64,000 bases of DNA. Source: Octopus vulgaris (taxonomy: Eukaryota). The DNA lies in contig OX597818.1 of assembly GCA_951406725.2 (NCBI GenBank), forward strand, positions 21,452,001 through 21,516,000, read 5' to 3'. The notes beneath the pieces are model-generated. The model saw nothing but the letters and a program-made list of their open reading frames with translations. It had not been told where the DNA came from and did not search any database. Positions 1 to 13,070 of this stretch are shown one piece after another (the first letter of the stretch is position 1; every line of letters starts with the position of its first letter). The position numbers and the translations under genes were made by a program.

Positions 1-147
1 ACTATTAGTATCATTATTGTTATTAAGGTGGCAAGCTGGCTGAATCATTAGCAGAATGAACAAAAATAAATTTCAGGCCTTGTGCCTATTGTAATGATGA
101 TGATGATGGTCATCGTCGTCATCATCATCATTATTATTATTATCATT

Positions 148-360
148 AAAGCAGCAAGCTGGCAGAATTGTTAGCACCTCAGACAAAATGCTTAGTGGGT
201 AGCATTTTTTCTGGTTTCATGTTCTGAGTTCAAATTCCACTGAGGTCAACTTTACCTTTCATTCCATTGGGACTGATAAGCACCAATAAAGCATCGGTCT
301 TGATGTGATCGACTAGCCCTTCCCCTCAAAATTGCTGGCATTGTGCCAAAATTAGAAAGA
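148..360 (+). mobile_element. tRNA-derived SINE, family A (representative copy)
   Basis: Head aagctggcagaattgttagc (A-box-like) and gagttcaaattcc (B-box), body aggtcaactttacctttcat, (att)n tail. Related copies at ~24, 515, 1890, 2230, 2810, 3340, 11840, 23935, 27383, 28759 and 50988(-). Confidence 0.75.
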
Positions 361-463
361 ATTATTATTCATTTTTTATTAAGGGCAGTGGATAGCAAGG
401 AATTGGAACATAAAATATCAGTGAAATACCAAAGTAGATTTAAGTGACTGATTTTTCTCTTGA

Positions 464-1057
464 AAATTTTGTCCTTGAGCTTATGTTATGTGGATTATAT
501 TATTAATATTATTAAGATGGTGAGCTGGCAGAATAGTTAGTGCATCAGATAAAATGCCGAGCAGCATTTCCTCTGATTCTTTACATCCTAAGTTCAAATC
601 CCACCATGGTGGACAAAATAAAGTATGAGTCTAGAACTCGGGTTGATAGTATCAACTAACCCTCCTCCCCCTCCTCTCCCCAAAGTTGCTAACTTTGTGC
701 CTAATTTAGAAAAAACAAACAAACAACAACAATTTCCGCCGCTGCCATCAAGAAGCAGGTTAGTTGTGTTGGTTAAAGTGTTAAATATGATAAAATAAGG
801 TTTTATGACTGCAGCCTTTGCTTTATCATTGTGTTATGGTTGGTGTTTTTTGTTATTATTTTGTTGCTGTCATTGTTGTTAGTGCTGCTGTTGTTGTTTA
901 TCCTCAGGTCATCTTTGATTCAGCAGACCTACAATCAAAGGAGATCTAGTTGTACATATCTCCTCTTTTATTGAGATATAATGTATCTAGAACTACTTCA
1001 TCAAATGCATCCATCCATTTTAAGATGGTGGGATGCAATCTGAGAGATATTCAGAAT
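464..1057 (+). repeat. Copy 1 of a ~580-bp near-identical direct duplication (contains a SINE and a second dispersed repeat)
   Basis: Matches 3288-3856 almost base for base, apart from two small indels and a few substitutions. Confidence 0.95.
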
Positions 1058-1312
1058 GACTGAATGAATAAATGGGTGGATGAATGCTTAACTGAATGGA
1101 TAAATGAGTGAATGAATGAATGAATGGATATAGGAATAAATTAATGGTTATTGGATGACTAAACTAATGAATAACTGAATGTATGAATGGTTAAATCCAT
1201 GAATGGGTGAGGAAGGGATGAATGAATGTTGGAATAAATGGATAAATGAATTGAATGACCAAATAAATTAGTTGAATGACTGAAAAATTGAATAAATGAA
1301 TTACAATGAAGT
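1055..1312. repeat. Degenerate (TGAA)n/(TGGA)n microsatellite
   Basis: Runs of tgaa/tgga/taaa directly downstream of the RAP1GDS1 exon donor. Confidence 0.85.
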
Positions 1313-1334
1313 ACAAATTTCAGAAGGACTTTAC

Positions 1335-1460
1335 CGTTTTCATAACATATGTTGCCTAGGGCTCTGCAAGCTTGAACAGCTTTATTTGTATCTGAACTCT
1401 GTAGCATTTTCACCAATACTGGAACCATATCACCATCTACAAATGGCTGCCGTAAAGATT
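1335..1460 (-). CDS. RAP1GDS1: Next internal coding exon of the RAP1GDS1/SmgGDS orthologue (about one ARM repeat)
   Basis: Acceptor poly-T cttaaag|AATCT and donor AACG|gtaaag; 126 nt, phase 1-1. Splices in frame to the 4275-4403 exon (G|AA = Glu). Translates ESLRQPFVDGDMVPVLVKMLQSSDTNKAVQACRALGNICYEN, comparable to SmgGDS EFMRIPCVDAGLISPLVQLL...GRALGNICYD. Confidence 0.9.
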
Positions 1461-3287
1461 CTTTAAGAAAAAAAAAACAAAAACAAATGACAAAAATCAA
1501 AGAGAAACGTTAAATGCTTATTAGCTAGTATAAAGTGAGATTTGTAATTAAAGTTAAGACAGACACAAGAAAATGATTTAATTTTTTGTTTCAAAAAGTT
1601 AAAATTTATAAAAAGATTATGTATACTCAAAAGTGAGAAAAAAACAAAAAAACAAACAAAACCTTACAACAACAAAACACAAAAAAAACAAAATGTTTAA
1701 AATCTTTTACTGAGAATTGAGAAGAATTCTGTTTTGTTGATGGAAGTATCCGGATAATCCAACAAATACAAAGTAACTTGATTCAGTGTCTATTTGGTAA
1801 TATTATACATGTGGCATTTAGTCAATACTTGTTAATTCAGGATTACATTGGTCATCATTCCTTATTATTATTATTGTTGTTATTATCGAAAATGGTGGAT
1901 GACAGAATTGGTAGTAGATTCCCAAACAAAACCTCTTGTAATATTTAGTTAAACCCAGAAAGGTCAGCTTTACTTTTCATGATTCTGGGATTGATAAGAT
2001 AAATATCAATGAAAGGTTGGGAGGTTGATTTAACCAAGTCTACTCCTTCTCCAAAATATGCTGTCAACAACAACACTGCCACCACACCAACATGTTTCTC
2101 CCTAGGGCATGGGTTTGATGGATCTCATCAATTGTTGCATTCTGTGCATTATTTGGCAAACAAAGCAACAGAAAGAACTGGCCAACTTTATTGTGTATAT
2201 CTTAATCACTATTATTGTTATTAGAGTATAGATAGTAGAATCAGAGTTCAGTGAGTGAAATGCATTGCAATATTCAGTTAGATCTTCTTATATGCTAAAT
2301 TCTGGGTTCACATTTCAGCATGGTCAACCTTGCCTTGTATCCTTTTAAACTCAATGAAATTAGTAGCAGCAGTCAAAGTAATGGGGTCAGTTTAATTAAC
2401 CAATCCCTTTGCTAAAATACCTGGAGTTGATCCCATTAAAGAAATTTTTTATTCATCATCATTATCATCAATTTAATGTTAACTTTTCCATACTTGCATG
2501 GGTCAAACAAATTTCAGTGAAGTAAATTTTTCAATGGCTGGATGATCTCTTTGTCACCAACTCTTGCCTGTTTCCAAGCAAGGTAATACTTTCTCTTGGT
2601 CAGACATGTTTCCATGAAAGATTTAAAACAAATGAAACTGCTTACATGATGGTAATGCTTGCTTACAACTATCACATGATATCAACATAAGGAAACACAA
2701 ACACACACACATACATAACACATATCCAAGGTACCATGCAGTGAGACTGAACATGAAACTATATGGTTGGGAAGTGAATTTCTTAACTACACAGCCATGT
2801 TTGTACCTGAGTGGTAAGAAAGGTAGAATATTCAACAGAATGTTTTGTGGTACTTAGTTACAGTTCTATGTTCGGAGTGTAAATCTTGCCAAGGTTGGTG
2901 ACTTCACCTTTCTTCCTTCTAGGATTGGTAAAGTAAGTAGCAAAAGTACAACTGGACTGGGAGCAGATACCAGGAAACTAATCAAGTATATTCTCCTGAA
3001 AAATACCCTGAAACATGACAACAGCTTGGCCAGGGGTTGCACCAGGTTCCATAGTCTGTTTAGGCTTGGTTTCTATGGCTGGATGCCCTTCCTAACACCA
3101 GCCACTTTACACTTTTTACATGGCACCAGCACCAGTGATTTTTATGTGGCACCAGTGCCCACATCAATGCTTTTTACGTGGAATCTTTGTTTTAGGATCT
3201 CCCTACCATCTTAAAAAATGGAAAGGACACATTAACCCATTTTCTTTTTTACTATGTATCAGTTGAAATTTTACTATGTATCAGTTG

Positions 3288-3856
3288 AAATTTTGTCCTT
3301 GAGCTTATGTTATGTGGATTATATTATTAATATTATTAAGATGGTGAGCTGGCAGAATAGTTAGTGCATCAGATAAAATGCCGAGCAGCATTTCCTCTGA
3401 TTCTTTACATCCTAAGTTCAAATCCCACCATGGTGAACAAAATAAAGTATGAGTCTAGAACTCAGGTTGATAGTATCAACTAACCCTCCTCTCCCCAAAG
3501 TTGCTAACTTTGTGCCTAATTTAGAAAAAACAAACAAACAACAACAACCGCCGCCGCCACCGTTGTGTTGGTTAAAGTGTTAAATATGATAAAATAAGGT
3601 TTCATGACTGCAGCCTTTGCTTTATCATTGTGTTATGGTTGGTGTTTTTTGTTATTATTTTGTTGCTGTCATTGTTGTTAGTGCTGCTGTTGTTGTTTAT
3701 CCTCAGGTCATCTTTGATTCAGCAGATCTACAATCAAAGGAGATCTAGTTGTACATATCTCCTCTTTTATTGAGATATAATGTATCTAGAACTACTTCAT
3801 CAAATGCATCCATCCATTTTAAGATGGTGGGATGCAATCTGAGAGATATTCAGAAT
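3288..3856 (+). repeat. Copy 2 of the direct duplication, embedded in a piggyBac-type MITE remnant (~3231-4028)
   Basis: Flanks (ttaacccatt... and ...gtgggttggtatcaaaa) resemble the MITE at 30661-30886. A tandem duplication of ttttactatgtatcagttgaaa sits at the left junction. Confidence 0.9.
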
Positions 3857-4274
3857 TTTAAAAAATAATGAAGAATTTAATTAAGTAACTATCAATATCA
3901 AATGGGTGTTTAGAACATAATTAGCATGAAATTTTGACATAAGGTTTTTAATTTGGATCATTTTAAATGTGGTATTCTGTATCATAGAGCCATGAGCGCT
4001 CTCAGGTGGGTTGGTATCAAAATGATTTCAAAAAGATAATAGGGTCACAACAGAAACTTTTGATAAACAGCTCAATTAGGGTTTACTTAGGATTTACTAG
4101 CACCAACAAAGCCTCAGTTACAGAAGTGAGGAAAAGAGATGGTTTGACACAAATGCAAGAGCAATGATTTTATAAAGAAAGCAAGACACAACAAAAAATC
4201 GAAAAAAAAGCTGAGAGATGAATTCAGGTTGCAGGGAGCTTCTTATATAAAGATTTGACAGAAATTATACTTAC

Positions 4275-4403
4275 CAATTTTGGCTAACTCTGCGATGATG
4301 TTAGCAACTTTCTGATGAGGACCATTTTCTGTCTTCATTAACTGGTTGAATTCTTCAATTAATTCTGTTAGAGGTTGGTCTGTGGAAATGTTATCAACAT
4401 TTT
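4275..4403 (-). CDS. RAP1GDS1: Internal coding exon of RAP1GDS1/SmgGDS (armadillo-repeat GDP dissociation stimulator) orthologue
   Basis: Minus strand: acceptor tgtctttttcag|AAAATG and donor ATTG|gtaagt; 129 nt, phase 1-1. Translates ENVDNISTDQPLTELIEEFNQLMKTENGPHQKVANIIAELAKI, matching KAKVANIIAEVAKN of vertebrate SmgGDS as I recall it. Confidence 0.88.
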
Positions 4404-4489
4404 CTGAAAAAGACAATATATACATACATATCTACATTATATATATATACATACATACACATACATATATGTTATATGTGTGTGTGCAT

Positions 4490-4530
<41 letters not shown>

Positions 4531-4554
4531 TGTGTGTGTGTGTATAAGCACAAG

Positions 4555-4705
4555 AATAGCTGTGTGGTTAAGAAGTTTGCTTTACAACCATATGGTTTCA
4601 AGTTCAGTGCAACTGTGCAGAATCTTGGGCAAGTGCTTTCCACAACAACTCTGGGCTGACCAATGAGTGGATTTGGTTGACAGAAAATGTACAAACCCCA
4701 TTATA
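4555..4705 (+). mobile_element. tRNA-derived CORE-type SINE, family B (partial)
   Basis: gctgtgtggttaagaag...gttcagt...cttgggcaagtg (CORE-like motif). Related copies at ~2710(-), 16895-17058(-), 35672-35830(-), 48240 and 52443-52830. Confidence 0.7.
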
Positions 4706-5149
4706 TATGTGTGTGTGTGTCTTGTGAGCATGTACATTTGCATTTCTAAAAATTATTGATCTATGGTGACGTCTGATGACATTTCCCTATCAATAAATCA
4801 CATATCTCTCTGTTTTTGAATATGAGTAGAATGAAAACTCCTTTATTTGAAAAATACATAAGAATTAGCAATTACCTGGCTGTAATAACTACCTGGTTTT
4901 TCTACACCAACTTACACTTTCTACATCAAAGCATAACTTCTTGCTTTCTGAGATCAAAATTGTCCATATATTTATTGATTGTATAGTCAAAATTGTCCAT
5001 ATATTTATTGATTGTATAGACTCATATATTTATTGATTCTATAGGGGCTATCTAATTTTCATAAATCAAGCTATGCTCCTATTGACACCAGTTTTCTGAT
5101 TTTATTGATGATGCATGAAACATAGATTTCATTACCAATAACATATAAA

Positions 5150-5400
5150 CTTGTGACCATATTCAATGCTCTTCCATATTTCATCATCATAGCTGCATCA
5201 CCAGTAACACAAACCACCACCAGTTTGTTTCTGAATTCCTCTAACAGTTGCAGTAGCAGTTTTACATGTAGAGGTCCAGAATTCTTCACCATGCCCAAGT
5301 TCCAGAATGTTCCATCACTTTTATGCACACTAATATTCAAATACCGGTATTTGTTTAGTGATGTGTGTATTCATCTAAGGGGAAACTAAATCTTGGTCCT
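5150..5400 (-). mobile_element. hAT-like transposase remnant
   Basis: Minus strand reads, across a frameshift, FSFPLDEY/TSLNKYRYLNISVHKSDGTFWNLGMV...VCVTGDAAMMMKYGR, resembling the hAT catalytic region (D.WTS...TD.A..M). Confidence 0.6.
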
Positions 5401-6409
5401 GTTTTTAGTTGACTGGTAATTTAGGAGCATATGTGTCCTATTTTATTATACTGCAAATGGTAAAGATGTGATGAATCTTTTTTTGACGTCTCATCACTGC
5501 TATTCATCTCTTTGCAGCTTCTATTGATCATTCTCACCCACTCTTCTAAATGTGAGTATCCATGTAGTTCTACAAGAATCTCCTATCCCTCCTCCTCTCA
5601 TACCTTAACCCCTTATCTCTTAGCATAAAGCCAACCATCCCTCAAGGTTTGTAGTCTTGTGAGCTGCATGGCAACCTCACTAGCTAGTAAAAAGTGGTTG
5701 GCATTAGGAAGGGCATCCAGCTATAAAACCCATGCCAAAGCAGACATTGGAGCACAATGTGGTCCTTGAATTGGATCCTATCATACTATCCAACCCATGC
5801 CAGCATGTAATATGAATGTCAAATGATGATGACGATAATCAAAGTATAGCCTTTATCTCTCAAAGATTTCTGCTTAACTCATTGCTGATATAAAATCAAT
5901 AGCAATTTCAAACAGCACAATTATTTTAACGATTAATTCTTTGCATGTCTCTTGCTGAAAGGGTTGTCACTTGTCACTAACTTCTTGCAGTAGTTTCCTC
6001 AATTATATGCTTGAAGAAAAGATAACCACACTGAAATGCATGCATCCACCAGTCTGGTTAGAGAGCACTGCAAACTGATTTGATGTGTTTACACCTATTT
6101 GTCTACAGGGAGAAATTTTCTCCATGACAAAATACAGTGAATCTGTAGCATTGGCACTGGTGTCACATAAAAAGCACCCCATACACTCTGTAAAGTGGTT
6201 GATATTAAGAAGAGCATCCAGCCAAAGAAACCAGGCCCGAACAGATAATGGAGCATGATGCACCCCCTGGCCTTACCAGCTCCCATCAAACTGTTCAACT
6301 CATGCATGTATGGAAATGGAAAACAGATGTTAAATGATGATGATGATGAATGTGTGTGTGTGTGTGTGTCTATATACATACACAAAAGTATAACAAACTT
6401 TACAAGCAT

Positions 6410-6610
6410 ACAATTTAGCTTCTTAGCTGTTGTTCCAGTTAGAAGATGGCATCAGTTATTTCTCTTCCAAGTAATAACTTGAATTGCATCTGATCTAATA
6501 TTTTCTGCTCAATTAACAGTGAACTCTTTCAGCTACTTTTGTAATTTAATTCATCCATTTGATGCCTCTGCAGTTGCTCCTTCCTGCAGAATTTCCTTTA
6601 CATTGGTAAC
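6410..6610 (-). mobile_element. Old RTE reverse-transcriptase fragment
   Basis: Minus strand gives CRGIKWMN*ITKVAERV...TDAIF, homologous to YRGIKLLDQVMKVTERV...TTDAIF in the 57702-59033 ORF. Confidence 0.5.
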
Positions 6611-6789
6611 AGTTAACAATGGTATTACAATGCTAGTCACTGGGGATGATACAACCCCGTGCTACTTGGATCACTGTAATACAGGTGACCAGTGTATGTC
6701 TTACTTTGCTAGATATTTTAGCAACTGGCACTTGCACTGAGTATCTGGCAGCTTTCACACTTCAACAACTGTGATGCACAAAACATGTT

Positions 6790-7325
6790 AACAACTCTTA
6801 GGAATGCTTCAGCCAAGTTGTTTCTCGGTCAAAGCAAACTGAATACATGACCATCAATGAAAATGAAAGCTACCAGCTAATTTGTTCCAACAATGGCACA
6901 CAGCTCAAGAAAGTTAGTGATTTCAAGACCTTGGAACCTATGTTGTTGGCAGTAAGAAAAACTTCCTTACATGCAAGGGACCAACTTTAAGTGCCTGTAA
7001 CAAGCTTCTAAAACATCTGACAATCATGTATTTTAAAGTCACTAAGATTTACCTTCTTCAGTGCAGAGAGCATTCTTCTCTATAGAGCTGAAATCTGGAC
7101 TATGAAAAAAGAGTTCCAGGTCACATTGATGGCACCAACACTAGACTTTGCAAGAGGGCTCAAAACATCTCATGGTATAAACAGAAGACCAAAGAGGAGA
7201 TTTATGGATATATTCTGTCCATCTCACAATTATTGCTCAATGCAGAGTAGGCTTTGTTAGTGACTGTCATCATGCTGAACAATTGGTCATATCAGTTGTT
7301 ATATTTTGGAGACTTCCTTATACCT
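6790..7325 (+). mobile_element. Decayed RTE/RTEX-type LINE, RT C-terminal region
   Basis: Broken frames give TEYM...LKKVSDFK/LGTYV...ACNKL...ESILLYRAEIWTM...IDGTNTRLCKRAQNISW...TKEEIYG. Confidence 0.65.
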
Positions 7326-8029
7326 GGAAGGTTCCTTTGAACTAAAAGTTCAGCAATTTCAGATGATAAAAGAGACAAAAGAAAATATGCTGCGAGAATT
7401 GTACACCACACCTAATGCATACAAGAATATATTTCAGAGCTAGAAAAAACATTGAGAGTGGTGTACCAATGGTAGTGGGAACTATTTCAAAAGAAATGAA
7501 TCTAAAATAGAAATTAGCATTCTTTTTGACTAGACCGCACACATACATCATAGATATATTTTGTTGCTGTTTAAGTTCTAAGCCAGCTCTAGTTAAGTAG
7601 CTTTACAACAACAAAAACATCCAAAGTATCCTTCTTTATTTAAGATGGCATAGTTGATTTGAGGGAGAATTGGGTGCTACATTTAGCAAGTCAAGTGACC
7701 ACAAAGAAGTTGGCTTGTATATATACATATAGTGTCCATGCCTCTTCTATACCTTAATACTAATTTAATTTCAACCATTACATGTCCAGAATACAAGTTA
7801 AAGCTTTCTCTTCACTGTCTTATATTTGAGGTTTAAGAACCTTTCATATTGCAATTAAAAAATATCTTTTTAGCAAGAAAATAGAGTAGTATGAAAGTAT
7901 AGTCACCTCATAAATAACTGAAAAAGGAAGAGGTGCTCATCTAACATTTAATCAATTTAAATATTTCAGTCGTCTTAAATCATTTCAGTCATAAAAAGAA
8001 GAACCAGTAAAACCAAATGTCATTGTTGT

Positions 8030-8232
8030 GGTTCAGCTCCAAGCCAACATTGATTAACCAAACCTATGAGAAAACTGCATTCCAGCCATACAATCCTGCC
8101 TTTTTAGGTGTAAGTGGGACTATGTTATCTAATGTGTCTGGGCCTTGTATAAATCAGACTGTGATTTCAGAGAAATTTGGCTGTTATGTCTAGCATGTTG
8201 AGAGACCATATAGAGGCTACCTTGTTGATTTG
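8030..8232 (+). repeat. Abundant ~200-bp dispersed repeat, family C (SINE-like), representative copy
   Basis: Consensus gttgtttagccccaggtc...acctatgatcaaaggcattccagcc...gtgatttgagggagatttggctgctatttctagca recurs more than 12 times on both strands (e.g. ~890, 7565, 13785, 16335, 22200, 28100, 30110, 36545, 51280). Confidence 0.7.
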
Positions 8233-8384
8233 TGAGAGTGTCATTGTTGAAGTAGTAGGTGGAGTTGCTATGGCAACTATTGTGAAAGAGTCTAATTAAA
8301 GAGAAAAAAGAAATGAAAAATCAATGCTACTGTTGATTATTATTGTCATTATGATTTTGAATATTGTAAGAATGATTACATTAA

Positions 8385-8600
8385 TACTAAAAGATGATGA
8401 CGATGATGATAATGGTGATGTTGATGGTTTTAGAAGTTATGAAATTGATGAAGACAATGAAAGTTATGACAGTGATTGTAATGATGACAAAGATGATGCT
8501 TATGATGATGATGGTAATGAAGAAAGTAATAATGATAATGATGGTAATGAAGAAAGTAATAACAAATGATGGTGATAATGTGGATGGTGATGGTGGTATT
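8385..8600. repeat. (GAT)n-rich low-complexity tract with an internal 30-nt duplication
   Basis: Trinucleotide gat/aat runs; gatggtaatgaagaaagtaat occurs twice. Confidence 0.8.
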
Positions 8601-8854
8601 GCTAAATAACCTGGAGATAATCAATTGTTGCCTGAGCCAGATATCACTAGCCTGTCTTACTTTGACGCAATCTTACATTGTCTACTTAATCAAAAAACTA
8701 ATTGTCTAAAGTGATCTGCCAATTCATTTCACATTTTCAATTGTTTCTACCCAGTCGCATGCACTACTCCACCTCTCATAGATAAAAAGGGTGCAGTAAC
8801 AATAGTAGCAATAGTAGTTGTAGCAGACATTCAGAGAGAAAACAATTGTACCAA

Positions 8855-8944
8855 GTTCAAATCTGGGAACATATTTCAGAATGTTTCAGAGCAGAATACG
8901 TTCAAATCTGGGAACATATTTCAGAATGTTTCAGAGCAGAACAC
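8855..8944. repeat. 45-bp tandem duplication
   Basis: gttcaaatctgggaacatatttcagaatgtttcagagcagaa(t/c)ac x2. Confidence 0.9.
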
Positions 8945-9346
8945 TTTTTTCCTTTCTACATTGCATCAAATTATCAAGTTGTCAACAATTGGGATTTGGG
9001 AAATTATAGATAGTGATAAACTAGTTTTCAAGTGAAGATTTCTTTCTCATAAACATTACATCTTTAAACTGAAGTTAAATATCAGTTCACAAGAACTCCT
9101 AAGGCTTTAGATGACATTCTTTTACTAGTTTCAATCCTTAAATTACGACTAAGCTGAAGTATCATCATTAAAGGAATAGTTGATAATGTTGATCCTTGTA
9201 TCTGTAGACTTTTATTTGAAGAAAGGAAAAGTAAATCTGGGTGGGATATGAATTCATAATGTAAAAGAATGTGACCAATTTATTGTTTCTACGCCAAAAC
9301 CTGAGATTTGACTGCTATTTCTAGTAGGATGAGTAACCACATAGAG

Positions 9347-9456
9347 CAGTATTTCTGAACCTGGGGTGCTAAAATTCATTTCACAAGTTGCAAGGAATTC
9401 AAATTAAACTTCACCTGCTTAAGGAGGGGTTTTGAATAAAAGGTTGGGAAACACTT
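9347..9456. mobile_element. hAT (Charlie-like) MITE with 8-bp TSD
   Basis: Ends cagtatttctgaacct / aggttgggaaacactt are imperfect inverted repeats; ACATAGAG is duplicated at 9339-9346 and 9457-9464; inserted into a family C repeat. Confidence 0.7.
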
Positions 9457-12179
9457 ACATAGAGGTACCCTTATTGGTCATTGCAGTTTATCAATGCAGA
9501 TGTAATGGAAACACAGAAAAATGAGACACTCACTTGGCATGTTAAATTAATTCATTGCTTCTTGGTCTCTTTTGCTTTTGATGCATTACATTCTTCAATC
9601 TTTCTATCCAATCTAATCTGGTCTAGATATCCACCACAATACTACTATCCTACCAAGAATTACAAAGAAGTTCTTTTGTGTATTAAGAAAAAAAAAATCC
9701 AATGTATTGCAGAATGTTGGAATTATCTAGAGTACAACAATGTTAGACTTATAAATCACCAGCATCATTTGTTCCTTTTTTAACATTCTGGTTTTATTTA
9801 GGTAGGTTTTTGGTACAGTACACAGTCTCTCAAAAAAAGGCACCTGGTTTAGTGGTTAGGGTATTCGGATCATGGTTGTAGGGTCGTGAGTTTGATTCCT
9901 AGTGGTCCTTCAGCAAAATACTCATTGTCATAACCGACAGAGTGCCAATTTTTTTTTATATTGTCTCTCTTATATTGATCCTTTGTCTGTTTATTTGTGA
10001 GGTTCAACATCTTAGGATATAATTTCACCACCTTTTGGCTTACTTGGTACTTTCCATGTACAAGCAGATGAGCCAACAAGGACACTTTTACATGACTTTT
10101 TACCATGCTAGAAATAGCAACCTAATCTCTCACAAATCACACCCTACCAGTGCAGTCCTACATATACAAAAATCAAGATGGTCATATTTGCAACAGCTTT
10201 GATCATGCATCTGGGCGAAAAAAATGTCTAGTTGATTGCAATTTTTCACCCACCATTTACAGTAAGCTATTATCAAGAGGTAAAGTAATGAAGATGATGT
10301 TATAATTATGCATACATGTAATAATAATAATTTTTTCTAATTTAGGTACAAGATGGGCGATTTTGAAGGGAGGGAGTTAGTTGACTGATACATTATTTTA
10401 TTGATTTTAGGAGCATGAAAGGCAAACTTGGCTGTGGCAAGATTTAAACTTGGAATGTAATACTCTAATGATTCAACCAATCTACCACCCTTAAGTATGT
10501 GATACTTAGTTTAATACCTTATCCAATATACTGGATTTGATATGATTTATTGTATATGCCCCTCTACAAACTGTTTTGTGTCTAGTTATAAAAGTATATA
10601 AGATTTTAACTATAAACCCCATTGCAATACTTGACAATCTTATAAAATTAGCCTTGGTCCTAGTTAAAAGAAATCACTGCCACCATCATCATTATTATTG
10701 TATTTGATACTACTACTACCACTACTAAAGTATGGAGGTGGATTAGCAGACACAATAGAGAACCAGTAAGTGCCATTCAATATTTAATTACATTAACTCC
10801 TGGCTTAAAAAAAAAAGTACTAGTCATGTATTGGGAGTAAATTCAGTTGGTTGTAACCTCCCCCTAAAATTTGTCATTGAGTCAATTTAGGAAATCAATA
10901 TTATTAGTAGCCATAGTTTGACCACACCCACTTCTTTTTAACCCTTTTATTATTAAAGAAGAAATCAATATCACCAGACAAATGAACATTGCCTGGCTTG
11001 TGAAGTAAGATTAGAGTCGTTTGGTCAGCTTTGTAACTATAGACATTCTATACTAGTATGGAGTATATCATCCTAGAAATTTAGGACTTCAGCTATCCTG
11101 CAAATAAAGCAACTGACATAGAGACTCTTCACCAGCTGTAAAGATAATGTAGCTTCAAATGGTTATCTTTGATTTTAAAGTCAAATATTTTCTTTAATAA
11201 ACTGATTACACTTGTGGACAGGAAATATAAATGAAAGACGTATGATGTTTACAAATAAAGTGAGTTGGCACAAATAATTAAGCTCTACATATAACAAGTT
11301 TAGTGTCTTGCTGCCTTGCTTTCAAACCCTTAAAGAGCAACTTTATCTGAAAATTCTTTTAGTCTAATTACTACTACTACTGTAGGAAACTCTACAATCC
11401 TAACTCATCACACTTCTTCAATCAGTATAAATCCCTATTAATATTATGTGTACACATGTACGTGCATGTGTGCTGTCCAATTCACCTCTTCTAAACACAA
11501 TTATATTCATTTTTGCTATGGCCTACTTGAGTGGTAGAATTAACAATTGCCCAGTTTAACACCACCAACTGGCACCTTATTTTCTTATGCAGAGTTCATT
11601 ATGCTGCAAGCATTTGGGCCAGGTATCCATTTTGCAGATACCTCCCTCTCTCTCTCTCCTGCCAGTTTTGAAGTCCCTGTAAAGGGTCAAGAGTACTGCC
11701 TTCCCTCAAAGATAAAAAAGAAAAATAGAAACTAATATTGCATGTCCTTCCTCAGTGAACAACAACAGATGTCTACGTTATATAGAAGACAATAGATTGG
11801 GAAAAACAATAGATCAAACTAAATGTTATTCTATATTCCAAGATCAAATCTAGTCAGAGTTGGTTTTGTAATTTATCATTCTAAGAGTTGATAAAAATAA
11901 ATTTCAGAGAAGTCTTACCATAGATTCAAAGGATTATACGTACTTTTCTTCTACAAATTTGTGGATTTGTGTCAACAAGAGAATTTGAAACATTTTCTAA
12001 CCAATTCAGAATAATTCTTGAGACTATCCTTGCCTATACTTGTCATTTACTAAGTTCCAATTATTTTCCTTTTTTTCTTTGTTAGACTGCACAGTAAATG
12101 TAAGTATTCCAAGTCTTTCTTACATTGGGATATTAGTAATAAGTAAGAAATTAAAGCAATTTACATGTTTTGACTGATT

Positions 12180-13070
12180 AAAGTATTGCCCACATGGATG
12201 AATGTATGGGAACAGCACAAATGGATGAATGTATAGAGGCAACAAGGTGAGAGGTTGGCAATTTGTATCTCTTCATTATAAATCTATGTATAGCTGACTG
12301 TACACAGGCACTGTCAGTTAGAAACAAGATAGTGGCTCCAAGCAAAGGTAGCACTGTTGATTTGACAAGTGATTTGTTAGCTTGCAGTAACATGTCCAAT
12401 TCTTTTGGAAAGATGTTTATAACTGAGCAGTCTCCCATTCCTTTAGCATTGTGGAAATTGGAGGTAATCACTAGTCCTTGTAGATTAATGTGATTGATAA
12501 AAGAATTAGTAGATTAACAAAACTAAAGATGAGGATGCAGGAACAAAGGCAATGAGACAGAGTGAAATGAATAGGAAAGCAGGTTCTTGTCTTGTCTTGT
12601 CTTGAGACAGCATTCACCCGGGGTGGTTGAGCTGGCTTCATTCATCCTCAATGCTGCATCTCTCACAAACACCGACCAGACCCGACGATTTGAGGCTAAC
12701 GACCGCGTGATCTCCAACCACTCCTTATTCCAGTGGCAAACGCCATAGATATGGGGGCCTAGGCTGGGTTCCACATCGCTTTCGCAAATCCTGAAGGGGA
12801 GCTGGGGCAATTGCTTCATAGATGAATTCTCCTGGTTGACGATGGAGGGCATGACCCAGCCAACACAGACGTCTCGTTAGGATGACTTATCGGAGGGAGA
12901 TGATTTTGCACTCCAAAAGCAGGTTCATCTAGTGGACAAGCATTAAGTTAAGTTCTGGGAAGTAGAGTCCATTGTAAAAGTAGCAGGTATATCCCAGTAA
13001 ACACAGTAGGATGGGTGGTAGTAGAGGCAGTAGAAGTGGATAACATGTCCCACACAAATGCCGAATGTCC
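12180..13070 (-). mobile_element. Highly decayed CR1/Jockey-group LINE endonuclease region, interrupted by an RTE insertion
   Basis: Minus-strand LDMLLQANKSLVKSTVLPLLGAT resembles the APE-domain LDL.L...PPLG.SDH motif. Confidence 0.45.
12587..12915 (-). mobile_element. 5'-truncated RTE LINE with (CAAGA)n tail and 11-bp TSD
   Basis: Minus strand: RRLCWLGHALHRQPGEFIYEAI.../ ...GPHIYGVCHWNKEWLEITRSLASNRRVWSVFVRDA (RTE C-terminus). Tail caagacaagacaaga; AAAGCAGGTTC at 12576-12586 and 12916-12926. Confidence 0.85.

Noticed and set aside
8324-8624. Asp-rich, Met-rich and His-rich ORFs
   Set aside because: Products of a trinucleotide low-complexity tract.
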